Part shown: positions 19,080 through 28,499 of the stretch, in pieces
Position numbering within the stretch: position 1 is the first letter of the stretch
Layout: each line of letters opens with the position of its first letter
DNA from: FCB group bacterium
Lineage (GTDB): Bacteria > Fidelibacterota > Marinisomatia > Marinisomatales > J089
Assembly (NCBI GenBank): GCA_013152835.1
Contig: JAADFQ010000237.1
Coordinates: forward strand, 138 to 64,137
Length of the DNA stretch: 64,000 nucleotides
Reading direction: 5' to 3'
Made by a program: the position numbers and the translations under genes
The notes under the pieces: model-generated
Seen by the model: the letters and a program-made list of their open reading frames with translations, nothing else
Database searches by the model: none
What the model was told of the DNA's origin: nothing

Positions 19080-20963
19080 CTAAAGCTTGTCCACTTCCTG
19101 TTCAAACTGATCTACCAATGATTCCATTTGATTGAGTACGGCCTGAATGGTGGTCGGCTGACTGAGGTCTACACCGGCGGCTTTTAACTGCTCCATAGGG
19201 TAATCGTTACCGCCTGATTTGAGCAACTTCAAATACCGTTTAACAACCTTTTTCTGTTTCCGGCCTTTGGCTGCTTTTATATCGAAAACTATCTTCGCCG
19301 ATGAGGCGAAACACGTGGCATATTGATACACATAGTAGGGTGCAAAATAGAAATGGGGAATCCGGGCCCAGGTGATGTCATAAAGATCATCATGGGCAAC
19401 GTCCTCACCATAATAATCCTGGAGTAGCTGCCGGTAGATGTCGTTCAGAACATCGGCCGTGATCGGTTTCCCTTCCTCGGCTAACTGATGGGCCTGCAAT
19501 TCGAAGTCGGCGAACATGACCTGAGTGAAAAAAGTCCCGGCGATATTATCAATGGCCAGCGAAAGAAGGGCAATCCGTTCTTTCGGATCTTTCGATTTTC
19601 CCAGCAGGTAATCCAGGAGCAGAGCTTCATTCAGGGTGGAGGCCACTTCCGCCACAAAAATAGTATAATCGGCAGTGGCATAAGGCTGCGTTTCATTAGC
19701 ATACATGGTATGCATGGAATGACCCATCTCATGGGCCACGGTGAACATGTCATCCATGGTATCACTGTAATTTAACAACATATACGGATGAACCCCGTAT
19801 ACTCCGGAAGAATAGGCACCGCCCCGCTTCCCTTCGTTTTCGTAGACGTCCACCCAACCACCGTTAAAGGCTCCTTTTAATTTTTTACCGTAATCTTTAC
19901 CCAGTAATTTGACGCCTTGTTGGATAATCTCGGCTACATCGTCATATTCATAGGTTTTGTTAAAATCCACGACGGGGATACTGCTATCGTATAAATGATA
20001 TTCCTTCAGTCCCAGGGCTTTCTTCCGCAAGCGATGGTATTTTTTTAACGATCCGGTCCCTTTTTTCACTTCCCGGATTAAATTCAGGTAAACATCCACG
20101 GGAACATTATTATTGTCCAGAGCGGCTTCCAGTGTCGAATTATAATTACGTGCCTGCGCCATCGCCCAGTCTCGTTGACAGATGCCATTATAGATAGCGG
20201 CGTAGGTGTTAATATTGGCATTGTACAGCCCGTTCCGGGTTTCAAATGCCAGTCGGCGATCATCCTGGTTGCGGTTCGTGCTCAGGATGAGACGATATTG
20301 ACCGGGAGTTATGGTAACCGAATCACCATCGGCAAGAACGACATCGGGGAAACGAATATCCGATGTCGAGAGCTCGGAATGAATGGACCGGGGCGTGGAA
20401 TTAAAACGGGAGAAATAGGATAATAGCCGTTCTCCCTCTTCGTCCAAGACGTGCGTTTGCTGGCGATATAAGTTTTCGATGGAAAAACGATATGGCGCCA
20501 GAGCAGGCGTTTCGGTTAGCCAGGCAGACATCGTTTCCCAGGGTATACTTAATAATTCAGGATCAAACCATGCCGTGGCGGTTCCAAATTGAGAAAACAG
20601 TATTTGCACCTGTTGGAGTTTGGCGGATACAGCATTATCCCGACTGTCGACATCCCTATTCAGGGAAGCGTAACTATATACTTTTTCCGCCAGAATGCCT
20701 AAAGTATCCGAAAGATAATAGGCGTCCAGCAAAGCATCCGGACCCTGGTTCAGCGTTCCTTTCAAACCCGAATACCGATCCATTAATTCCTGAAGTCGGT
20801 CATAATCCGCTGCCCATTGATCCCAGTCAGTATAAATGTCCGTAAGGTTCCATTTGTATTGATCGGGAATTTCAGAACGCTTTAATGTTTTTGGCTTTCC
20901 GATTAATACACCGGTGATGAAAATAAGGGTTAAAATCGGAAACAGGCGCTTAGTCGTTTTCAT
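19080..20963 (-). CDS. pepF: oligoendopeptidase F (M3B metallopeptidase), secreted
   Basis: Zinc motif VAHEMGHSMH with downstream FVAEVASTLNE. The likely start is M52 of the track ORF (MKTTKRLFPILTLIFITGVLIG, a signal peptide). Confidence 0.85.
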   Translation of the reverse strand: MKTTKRLFPILTLIFITGVLIGKPKTLKRSEIPDQYKWNLTDIYTDWDQWAADYDRLQELMDRYSGLKGTLNQGPDALLDAYYLSDTLGILAEKVYSYASLNRDVDSRDNAVSAKLQQVQILFSQFGTATAWFDPELLSIPWETMSAWLTETPALAPYRFSIENLYRQQTHVLDEEGERLLSYFSRFNSTPRSIHSELSTSDIRFPDVVLADGDSVTITPGQYRLILSTNRNQDDRRLAFETRNGLYNANINTYAAIYNGICQRDWAMAQARNYNSTLEAALDNNNVPVDVYLNLIREVKKGTGSLKKYHRLRKKALGLKEYHLYDSSIPVVDFNKTYEYDDVAEIIQQGVKLLGKDYGKKLKGAFNGGWVDVYENEGKRGGAYSSGVYGVHPYMLLNYSDTMDDMFTVAHEMGHSMHTMYANETQPYATADYTIFVAEVASTLNEALLLDYLLGKSKDPKERIALLSLAIDNIAGTFFTQVMFADFELQAHQLAEEGKPITADVLNDIYRQLLQDYYGEDVAHDDLYDITWARIPHFYFAPYYVYQYATCFASSAKIVFDIKAAKGRKQKKVVKRYLKLLKSGGNDYPMEQLKAAGVDLSQPTTIQAVLNQMESLVDQFEQEVDKL

Positions 20964-21199
20964 ATCTATCTCTTGTTTAGGGTGAAAAAAGTATGAGAAA
21001 ATGCTTACTATTGAGAGCATCGAACAAGGAAAAGGTTGTCTGTGAAAGGTTGTCTGTGTAATTGCACCTGTCAGTTTGACTTTTCCAGCGCCAATAATGC
21101 ACAAGGGCAATGACATCCTGGCGTTCCTTTCCAGCGGATTGTCGCAGATTGAATTCCGGTATGGTTCTGGAGTATCTTGGATGAAACAGGAGCAAAATT

Positions 21200-23302
21200 A
21201 TGAATACACAGCAACAATTCAACCCCGAGGAAGGGGTAAACCCGCTTGAAAAATACGGAATGGATCTCACCGCACTGGCGAGACAGGGGAAAATCGATCC
21301 GGTTATCGGTCGGGAAAATGAAATCCGGCGAATCATTCAAATTTTAACCCGCCGCACAAAAAATAATCCCGTGTTGATCGGAGAACCGGGAACCGGGAAA
21401 ACCACGGTGGTAGAAGGATTAGCACGCCGGATTATCGAAGGTGATGTTCCGGAAAACCTGAAACAAAAACGTTTGATTGCCATGGATCTTAGTGCCATGG
21501 TTGCTGGTGCCATGTATCGCGGTCAATTCGAGGAACGGTTGAAAAATTTTATTAAAAAGATCGTTGAAAGCGACGGCGAAATCATCCTGTTTATCGATGA
21601 ATTACACATGATTGTTGGCGCTGGTGGTGGTGAGGGTCAGATGGATGTATCCAATATGATTAAACCGGAGCTGGCCCGCGGACGGATGAAGGTCATTGGT
21701 GCAACCACTCTGAATGAATATCAGAAATATATTGAAAAGGATGCTGCCCTGGAACGTCGTTTTCAGCAAGTCTTTATTGCCGAACCAGGTGTTGAGGATA
21801 CGATTACGATTCTGCGGGGTATTAAAGATAAATATGAAATCCATCACGGATTGCATATTAAAGATTCGGCATTGATAGCTGCGGCCAGTTTATCTGATCG
21901 CTATATCTCTGATCGATTTTTACCGGATAAGGCCGTGGATCTGGTGGATGAAGCCGCTGCCAAACTAAAAATCGAAATGAATTCGGCTCCGGTTGAAATC
22001 GACGATAAACGTCGTAAACTTCTACAGTTGGAAGTTGAACGGGAAGCGTTAAAAAAAGAAAAAGATGCGAAGTCGCGGAATCGGTTGGTTCAGGTAAAGG
22101 ATGAAATAAAAGCGTTAAAATCAGAGTTGGATGAGTTGACCCAAATTTGGGAACGGGAAAAGGAGACGATGAATCAAATACAATCGCTGAAAACCCGGTT
22201 GGAAGAACTTCAGCACCAGAGTGATCGGGCTCAGCGCGAAGGCGATTACCAGACATCTGCCAAAATATTGTATGACGAAATACCCAAATTGGAACAAAAT
22301 ATTGAACGATTAACAGATCGGATTACGCAGGAACATCATTTCCTCAAAATGGAAGTGGATGAAGAGGATATTGCTGAAATCGTTTCCAAATGGACTGGAA
22401 TACCGACGACTAAAATGTTAAGTGGGGAGCAGGAAAAATTACTCCACCTGGAAGATCAACTTCGGAACCGGGTCGTTGGGCAGGATCAGGCCCTGGAGAA
22501 AGTTGCCGATGTGATTCGAATGTCGAAAATGGGCGTACTGGATCAACACCGGCCACTGGGTACATTTTTATTCACCGGAAACACAGGCGTGGGAAAAACC
22601 GAATGTGCTAAAGCCTTGGCAGAATTACTGTTCGATGATGAACGAGCTTTGATTCGGATTGATATGAGCGAATATATGGAATTGCATTCGGTTTCCAAAC
22701 TGATTGGAGCACCACCCGGATATGTGGGGTATGACGAGGGTGGTCAATTGACGGAAAAGATCCGGCGGCGTCCCTATGCTGTCATTCTGTTCGATGAGAT
22801 TGAAAAGGCGCACCCCAATGTATTGAACATTTTGCTCCAGATCTTAGACGAGGGTCGTCTGACCGATACCAAAGGTCGTACGGTCAATTTTAAAAATACA
22901 CTCATTATCATGACGTCTAATCTGGCACAGGATGAAATTAAACGGGCACTACGTCCTGAATTCCTGAACCGGATTGATGAAATCATCCGATTCAATGATC
23001 TCGAGGAGTCGGTGATTCAGGGTATTGTGGATATTCAGCTAAAACGGATGCTGAAACAAATTAAAGAGTCCAATATCCGGGTGGATATTGATGAAGAAGT
23101 ACGGGATTACTTAGTGCGTCACGGCTATGAACCGGAATATGGCGCTCGTCCGGTGAAACGCCTGATAAAACGGGAAATTCTGGCTACGTTGTCCCGGGTA
23201 ATGCTGGAAAACCCCGCAGCGGAAAGATTACGTGTTGGGCTGGAAAGCGGAAAGATTACCGTGTATCCGGAACAAGAGGGAAGGGAGCGAAAAGCGTCTT
23301 AA
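21200..23302 (+). CDS. clpB: ClpB-type disaggregase lacking the N-terminal domain
   Basis: AGGAG precedes the ATG. The protein begins at the region equivalent to the NBD1 linker ([29 protein letters not shown]). Walker A motifs GEPGTGKT and GNTGVGKT. A long coiled-coil middle domain is present. Only 236 nt lie upstream before pepF. Confidence 0.9.
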   Translation: MNTQQQFNPEEGVNPLEKYGMDLTALARQGKIDPVIGRENEIRRIIQILTRRTKNNPVLIGEPGTGKTTVVEGLARRIIEGDVPENLKQKRLIAMDLSAMVAGAMYRGQFEERLKNFIKKIVESDGEIILFIDELHMIVGAGGGEGQMDVSNMIKPELARGRMKVIGATTLNEYQKYIEKDAALERRFQQVFIAEPGVEDTITILRGIKDKYEIHHGLHIKDSALIAAASLSDRYISDRFLPDKAVDLVDEAAAKLKIEMNSAPVEIDDKRRKLLQLEVEREALKKEKDAKSRNRLVQVKDEIKALKSELDELTQIWEREKETMNQIQSLKTRLEELQHQSDRAQREGDYQTSAKILYDEIPKLEQNIERLTDRITQEHHFLKMEVDEEDIAEIVSKWTGIPTTKMLSGEQEKLLHLEDQLRNRVVGQDQALEKVADVIRMSKMGVLDQHRPLGTFLFTGNTGVGKTECAKALAELLFDDERALIRIDMSEYMELHSVSKLIGAPPGYVGYDEGGQLTEKIRRRPYAVILFDEIEKAHPNVLNILLQILDEGRLTDTKGRTVNFKNTLIIMTSNLAQDEIKRALRPEFLNRIDEIIRFNDLEESVIQGIVDIQLKRMLKQIKESNIRVDIDEEVRDYLVRHGYEPEYGARPVKRLIKREILATLSRVMLENPAAERLRVGLESGKITVYPEQEGRERKAS

Positions 23303-24201
23303 TTTCCCGGAGTACCAATTTCGACACGGCAGCGACCGGATTCTTTTGCTTTGTAAAGTCCCCGGTCTGCCGTGTCGATCAGTACTTGTGGGTCTTCCCC
23401 GTGGAGCGGGAACTGAGCGATACCGGCGCTGAAGGTAAAACTGATTTCTTCATCATTCCACTTTACCTTCACTTGCTCCTGGAGATTATTCAGGAGACCT
23501 TCTACGGTTTTAATGGCGCCTTCAATTTCGGACCGTTCCATAATCAGGAAAAATTCTTCGCCACCCCACCGGGATAAAATATCTGTAGTACGAATATTAT
23601 TCTGGATAAAGCGCGTAAAGGCAATCAGTACCTGATCACCACAGGAATGGCCATAAGTGTCGTTGACGGTCTTAAAATGATCCAGGTCCATCATGACTAA
23701 GGTAAACCCATCGCCGTGACGATGATGAAGTTTAATCTGGCGCATTAATTCCTTCTGAAAATATCGCCGATTATAAATCTGGGTCAGAGGATCCAGGTAG
23801 ATTGCATGTTCCAGATCATCCTGTCGTTTCATAATGGAGGATATCTTTGCCAGCATCTCATCCCGGTTAATGGGTTTAATAATAAAATCATCCACTCCGC
23901 CGAGATAGGCTCGAATCCGCTCCGGCAGTGATTCAATTCCGGTCATGAAAATGAATGGAATCAGGCGTAATTGAGAATGACTTTTTATCGTCCGAAGAAT
24001 TTCAAAACCGTTTGGACGCATTTGAATATCACAAAGAATGATATTTGGCGAATGCTGGAAAACCAGTTCCTGAGCCGATTCAGCATTCTCCAAAATATCC
24101 AGAACAAAGACGATATATCCGGCTTTTTCCAAATGATATTTTATAGGTGCAATAAAATAATGGTCGTCTTCAAGTATAAGAATTTTAACCTGATTTTGCA
24201 T
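23299..24201 (-). CDS. response regulator - diguanylate cyclase (REC-GGDEF)
   Basis: REC domain (ILILEDD..., IILCDIQMRPNG). GGDEF domain with an RWGGEEFFLIM active site and DHFKTVNDTYGH. Confidence 0.9.
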   Translation of the reverse strand: MQNQVKILILEDDHYFIAPIKYHLEKAGYIVFVLDILENAESAQELVFQHSPNIILCDIQMRPNGFEILRTIKSHSQLRLIPFIFMTGIESLPERIRAYLGGVDDFIIKPINRDEMLAKISSIMKRQDDLEHAIYLDPLTQIYNRRYFQKELMRQIKLHHRHGDGFTLVMMDLDHFKTVNDTYGHSCGDQVLIAFTRFIQNNIRTTDILSRWGGEEFFLIMERSEIEGAIKTVEGLLNNLQEQVKVKWNDEEISFTFSAGIAQFPLHGEDPQVLIDTADRGLYKAKESGRCRVEIGTPGN

Positions 24202-24240
24202 AAGACGATTGTTCCCTTGTTGAATTTTTTTACTTCGGGA

Positions 24241-24543
24241 TTATTTAACGGCGAAACGGTTAACTGTTTCAGCCAATTTTTTATCGAATGTTACGATCAG
24301 GTTTTCCAAAGCCAATTCATCCTGAACCATGGCTGCTTTTTCAATTTGGGACCCGAATTCTGAAAATTCATCCAGGCCATAACCGCCCCCGCTTCCTTTC
24401 ATGTTGTGACCGAATTTCTGGACTTCCAAAAAATTCTTATCACTGAGATTTGCTTTCACATCCGGGAGTGCATTTACTAAAAAATCAAGATATTGTCTGA
24501 TCAGTTCCTGAAATTCCGGATCATTGAGATAGTCATTTTCCAC
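24241..24543 (-). CDS. Hpt phosphotransfer protein
   Basis: A 100-aa helical protein with an HxxKG signature (FGHNMKGSGGGYGL). Confidence 0.75.
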   Translation of the reverse strand: MENDYLNDPEFQELIRQYLDFLVNALPDVKANLSDKNFLEVQKFGHNMKGSGGGYGLDEFSEFGSQIEKAAMVQDELALENLIVTFDKKLAETVNRFAVK

Positions 24544-24717
24544 GGCACACCTCTGAGATTATACGGGTTGTTTTTCTCCTGGGGTCCGTACACGGCCCCT
24601 CTGATATTACTCAATAATAAAATCACTTTCAATGTATGCCTCGACGGAAGATAAACCTTTTATCATTGAAAATTAGTTATTACAATTTTATACCAGAACT
24701 AAATAAGGAGGACAATA

Positions 24718-24843
24718 ATGACACAGAATAATCCCAAAACATCTTGGAAGGAAATCTTTTTCGAGAAAAAATATCCGCTCTGGGTATTACTCCTGATTAC
24801 GGTTGTTTATGCATTTCTGTTTTATTTTGCGATTAATGTGTAA
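24718..24843 (+). CDS. possible 41-aa membrane peptide (below ORF-track cutoff)
   Basis: AAGGAGGA sits 6 nt upstream of the ATG. Sequence MTQNNPKTSWKEIFFEKKYPLWVLLLITVVYAFLFYFAINV has one clear TM segment. Confidence 0.35.
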   Translation: MTQNNPKTSWKEIFFEKKYPLWVLLLITVVYAFLFYFAINV

Positions 24844-24880
24844 ATATCTTTATCTCCGAGTCGGGATGCTGCCTATGAAC

Positions 24881-24920
24881 GAAAGAAAAATGTACTACGG
24901 ATTTTCTCCATGCCCGTACA
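24881..24920 (-). terminator. possible rho-independent terminator of the 24994-26610 pilin gene
   Basis: On the minus strand, TGTACGG-(13-nt loop)-CCGTAGTACA is followed by TTTTTCTTTC. The stem has one bulge. Confidence 0.4.
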
Positions 24921-24993
24921 TCGAAGTGTGTTTGCCGCCAGCGCTTTGCTACGGTGGACAAGTGGTACGCAGGCGTGCACCATTGGTGGAAAT

Positions 24994-26610
24994 CTAGGGG
25001 ATTGGGATCGATGTTGTCTGGGAAGTTCCGCAGGCGTAATTAAAGGTGAGATCGAAAACAGTTCCGGAGAATCCGCCGGTGACAGCGGCAGTTCCACTGG
25101 TATTTTTATAGATTCGCATTCTTAATGTACGTGATTGATTCACGTTCCAGGTCGGATTTGTATAACTGCAACTGGAAAAAGAGGCCGTTGCCTGAATATT
25201 GCTGTCAATCCGCTGGCGGGGGACTGAACCGCAGGTGGTATTATCCGCCTGCCAAACTATAGTACCGCTGGGGACATCTATCCGTTCCAGATAGGCTGTT
25301 GAAGCGGAAAAATCAGTAGAGACAACGATACTGGTCAGTTCAACAGGAATATAACCCGAATTTTTCAATGGAAAATAAACATTTCGGGCGTTACTGGTTA
25401 CCGTCCCGTTTAACGATAAAGTGGGGTCACTACAAACGCCCGTCGTTGAGAAGGTTACGGTTTGTGTCGGAGCAGTTTGGGACTGAAATTTTATTGTAAA
25501 ACTGGTTCCCCGCATGTCCACTGTGGCTCCGGTACCGTCGGCTGCATCCTTAAATACCAACGGTCCGATCGTCATGTCCCCGGCATAAATCTGAATTTTA
25601 TTCCCCAGGATAATCTGAGCGTCAGTAGGAGATAAAGCGGTACTGTTCACATTCCAGGTCCAATGCGCATTTCCCGCTACCGAAACCGACTCCAGATATG
25701 GTGTGGCGCAATTCCAACAACTTTGGGTAGCAGCAGACCAGCTCAGTGTCATTTTATTGATCGGCATAGTGGTGCTTCCGGAATTACTGATATCAAAATA
25801 GACCTCATTCTGCGTAGCGGTTTCAACCGTAGCTGAACCAGAGACATACGTCACATTTCCATAGGTGGCATATATTGTCATTTCAATATTATCGGATGTC
25901 GTACGATTTCCCGGTGACACGGACATGGATTTTAATACCGTATCACCGGCGGATACGGCGCGAACTTTATGAATGCCAATCGGAACCGAGCCGAGATAAT
26001 AACCGTTGGAAGAATTATAGCTTAACGAATGATAACTGCCGCCATATTGGATTTCTACTTTGCCGCTGGAGCCGTCCACTTCCACATTTTTAGAAGTTAA
26101 TAACCTGACTTTTATCGTATTGCCCAGTAATTCATTTACACTGTTTCCAATTTTTTGAGTAATTGTATCGCCGTCATCAGGAGTATAAATAACGGGCGGT
26201 TGCGTATGATCGGAGGGAACCGAATAGACATAACTGTTGCCCCAGGCATCGGTGAGATAATAATCCGGATCGTCCGCAAAACCGATATCAATATATGGAC
26301 CATCCCATCCGGGAATACCGGATACGTTGGATACTAAATCCCGAAGGGTTGGGGGTAACTGCCCGGTATCGCCGATGTATCCGTAATTGGTACGGATATT
26401 ATTTTCCATGATATTAGGATTTCCAACGATACCTTCGGCTAATATTCGCATTTCGGCAATTGTACCATTCACATTCGCATTGTTAAATACACGAATTAGC
26501 GATCGGGCACCGATACCGCTTAAAATAGCAATGATGATCATCACCATTACGAGTTCAATTAGAGTGAATCCTCGATATTGACCGGGATGGGATTTCATTG
26601 TAGTATCCAT
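24994..26610 (-). CDS. giant modular GspG-like pseudopilin (P1)
   Basis: Class III signal ...MKSHPGQYRG|FTLIELVMVMIIIAILSG (start at 26610 or 26598; the track ORF begins at GTG 26658). GspG-like region GDTGQLPPTLRDLV...GWDGPYI...DAWGNSYVY, followed by ~400 aa of Ser/Thr/Asn-rich beta-modules. Confidence 0.8.
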   Translation of the reverse strand: MDTTMKSHPGQYRGFTLIELVMVMIIIAILSGIGARSLIRVFNNANVNGTIAEMRILAEGIVGNPNIMENNIRTNYGYIGDTGQLPPTLRDLVSNVSGIPGWDGPYIDIGFADDPDYYLTDAWGNSYVYSVPSDHTQPPVIYTPDDGDTITQKIGNSVNELLGNTIKVRLLTSKNVEVDGSSGKVEIQYGGSYHSLSYNSSNGYYLGSVPIGIHKVRAVSAGDTVLKSMSVSPGNRTTSDNIEMTIYATYGNVTYVSGSATVETATQNEVYFDISNSGSTTMPINKMTLSWSAATQSCWNCATPYLESVSVAGNAHWTWNVNSTALSPTDAQIILGNKIQIYAGDMTIGPLVFKDAADGTGATVDMRGTSFTIKFQSQTAPTQTVTFSTTGVCSDPTLSLNGTVTSNARNVYFPLKNSGYIPVELTSIVVSTDFSASTAYLERIDVPSGTIVWQADNTTCGSVPRQRIDSNIQATASFSSCSYTNPTWNVNQSRTLRMRIYKNTSGTAAVTGGFSGTVFDLTFNYACGTSQTTSIPIP

Positions 26611-26852
26611 GGAATTAAGATAGAAACTAAAGCACTCTTTATTTAATCGCAACCCCACAGGTCACATGAAAATCAAATCAACACAAGGGCTGAAAGAAGG
26701 TAAGCGTCGAAGATCAAAAGGAAAAATTCATAAGTTATGATTTACTGTTTTACCCACTCGCTATTTTATCGGAACTTGTTTTAATTCGGTTTTCCACCTC
26801 CCCGTTGATGAATTGTTATGAACGGCGCTAAAAATGAAACCACCATTACGTC

Positions 26853-28499
26853 TTGAATAATGGCTCCCCAATCATGAGTGAGCTAAACGTGTTCAGGGAT
26901 CATCGATTTGTATTCAAAGGAATTGCATTGGCCCTGCTTACGTTTATCATCTATTTTCTGTTTCCCGTACCAGGTTTTCGTCGCTGGGACAGTCTTATGT
27001 CGGCTACTATTGTTCATGATTGGGATTCCATGCCCGGATCGGTAATATTTTTCTTTGCCCACACGCTTGTTCTTCCTATCAGTCGACTGATCAGTCTTCT
27101 CCTTCCGGATCTGGACCCGAATGTTGTCGTAAGTTTACGGGAAATTCTGTTTGCTTCCATGAATACCGTTCTCCTTTTTTGGGGATTAAATTGGGTTTTA
27201 GGAAATTCCCGCACGGCTTTCTGGCTGGCAGCAATAACAATCTTCTTTCATGGTCGATGGATGTTTGCCACTCATGGAGAAGAAAAGGAAATTCTCCTGT
27301 TTTTTCAGCAGATTTCTGTGCTTTATACCTTTCATTATTTGCATTGGACAAAATACGCCTCGCAAGTTTTTAATATCTCAACTCCATATATCGCGGAAAT
27401 TATTCTGGGTTTTCTATTGGCAATATCGGTCATGGCACATCTGGAGAATGGGATAATCGTAGTAACCATCGCTATTGTTCTGGGAATTTCCGCAGGAAAA
27501 AAGCAGATAGGCTGGGCACAATTCTGGTTGATCGGAGTCTCGGCTGTCTCCCTGGGTTTGATTTGGTTTGGGATTATTATTGTGAGCGTAAATGGAATTC
27601 GAACTCTTTCCGGTGCCTTGCAATGGTTATTTGAATATCACGTCACCGGGGAGTTTTTTACGATCACTCCGCACTTTTTTAATCAGATGGTAGAAGCCTG
27701 GACCGGGTTCCGACGCTTACTTATCGGGGAGACCGGAGAGGGTCCCTGGATGACCGTAGAAATGGTTGTGGGATTCGGAATGCTCGTTATTACTATCCGG
27801 AAAGCGTGGACTAGGAATAAACGGATTACCGCTTTTTTCCTAATTTTTCTGGGATTGATGACCGTACATTTTTTCTATTGGCTTCCATGGGATCCGGAAC
27901 AATGGGTACCGACCATTATGGCCGGAATGTTCTTAGTCAGCTTAGCGTGGTTTCATGAATACGATAAACCAAGATTACCGATTTTGATCATAATCCTGGT
28001 TGTCTTAATCGCAGCGAATGGTTATCGGTATATCCGCGATGGCGAATCGGTAAAACCATACCGGTCGTTCAGGATCAACGCAGGTCAGCATATTGGAAAA
28101 GTAAGCGATTGGGTTTTACGCAGTTCCCCCTATCCGAATTTGATAGCGGGATTACGACCATATTTACTACAAGATACAATTGTTTTAGTGGATCAACGGC
28201 ATTTGGCTAACCATTTGATAATCTATTCATCAGCCGTTCCTATAGTTACTGCTTATCTGGATAAAACCGACGATGTTTTACATAAAAAGTATCTGTTAAG
28301 CCAATTAAGTCTTGCCGTTTATCGTCCGGAGTTTTCTACGGTTGAACTGAAGGATAAAATAAGGTCGGGAGAATTGGTGTATTATTTAACGGAAGGACCA
28401 ATACCCGGATTGGTTACGGAGCTGAATGCCAGGGCAATACCATTTCCCGGAACGCGCTGTCTTGATTTTCAATTATGGCGGTTGGAGTCTTTGGAATAG
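26853..28499 (+). CDS. polytopic membrane protein (GT-C-like candidate, unassigned)
   Basis: More than 10 hydrophobic segments followed by a ~170-aa soluble C-terminus. TTG start at 26853 or ATG at 26874. Divergent from P1 and convergent with (31-nt overlap) the next gene. Confidence 0.55.
   Translation: MNNGSPIMSELNVFRDHRFVFKGIALALLTFIIYFLFPVPGFRRWDSLMSATIVHDWDSMPGSVIFFFAHTLVLPISRLISLLLPDLDPNVVVSLREILFASMNTVLLFWGLNWVLGNSRTAFWLAAITIFFHGRWMFATHGEEKEILLFFQQISVLYTFHYLHWTKYASQVFNISTPYIAEIILGFLLAISVMAHLENGIIVVTIAIVLGISAGKKQIGWAQFWLIGVSAVSLGLIWFGIIIVSVNGIRTLSGALQWLFEYHVTGEFFTITPHFFNQMVEAWTGFRRLLIGETGEGPWMTVEMVVGFGMLVITIRKAWTRNKRITAFFLIFLGLMTVHFFYWLPWDPEQWVPTIMAGMFLVSLAWFHEYDKPRLPILIIILVVLIAANGYRYIRDGESVKPYRSFRINAGQHIGKVSDWVLRSSPYPNLIAGLRPYLLQDTIVLVDQRHLANHLIIYSSAVPIVTAYLDKTDDVLHKKYLLSQLSLAVYRPEFSTVELKDKIRSGELVYYLTEGPIPGLVTELNARAIPFPGTRCLDFQLWRLESLE

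Noticed and set aside
20977-21340. Two minus-strand ORFs (119 and 89 aa) across the pepF-clpB intergenic region
   Set aside because: They overlap the clpB start in antisense and extend the pepF frame upstream of its signal-peptide Met. pepF is better started at 20963.
24844-24993. Checked the 150-nt gap, plus the 64-aa (24803-24997 +) and 74-aa (24873-25097 -) ORFs, for a tRNA/ncRNA or a small gene
   Set aside because: No cloverleaf or T-loop (GTTCGAATC-like) signature is present. The ORFs lack an SD and overlap the pilin 3' end. Only a plausible terminator hairpin is retained.
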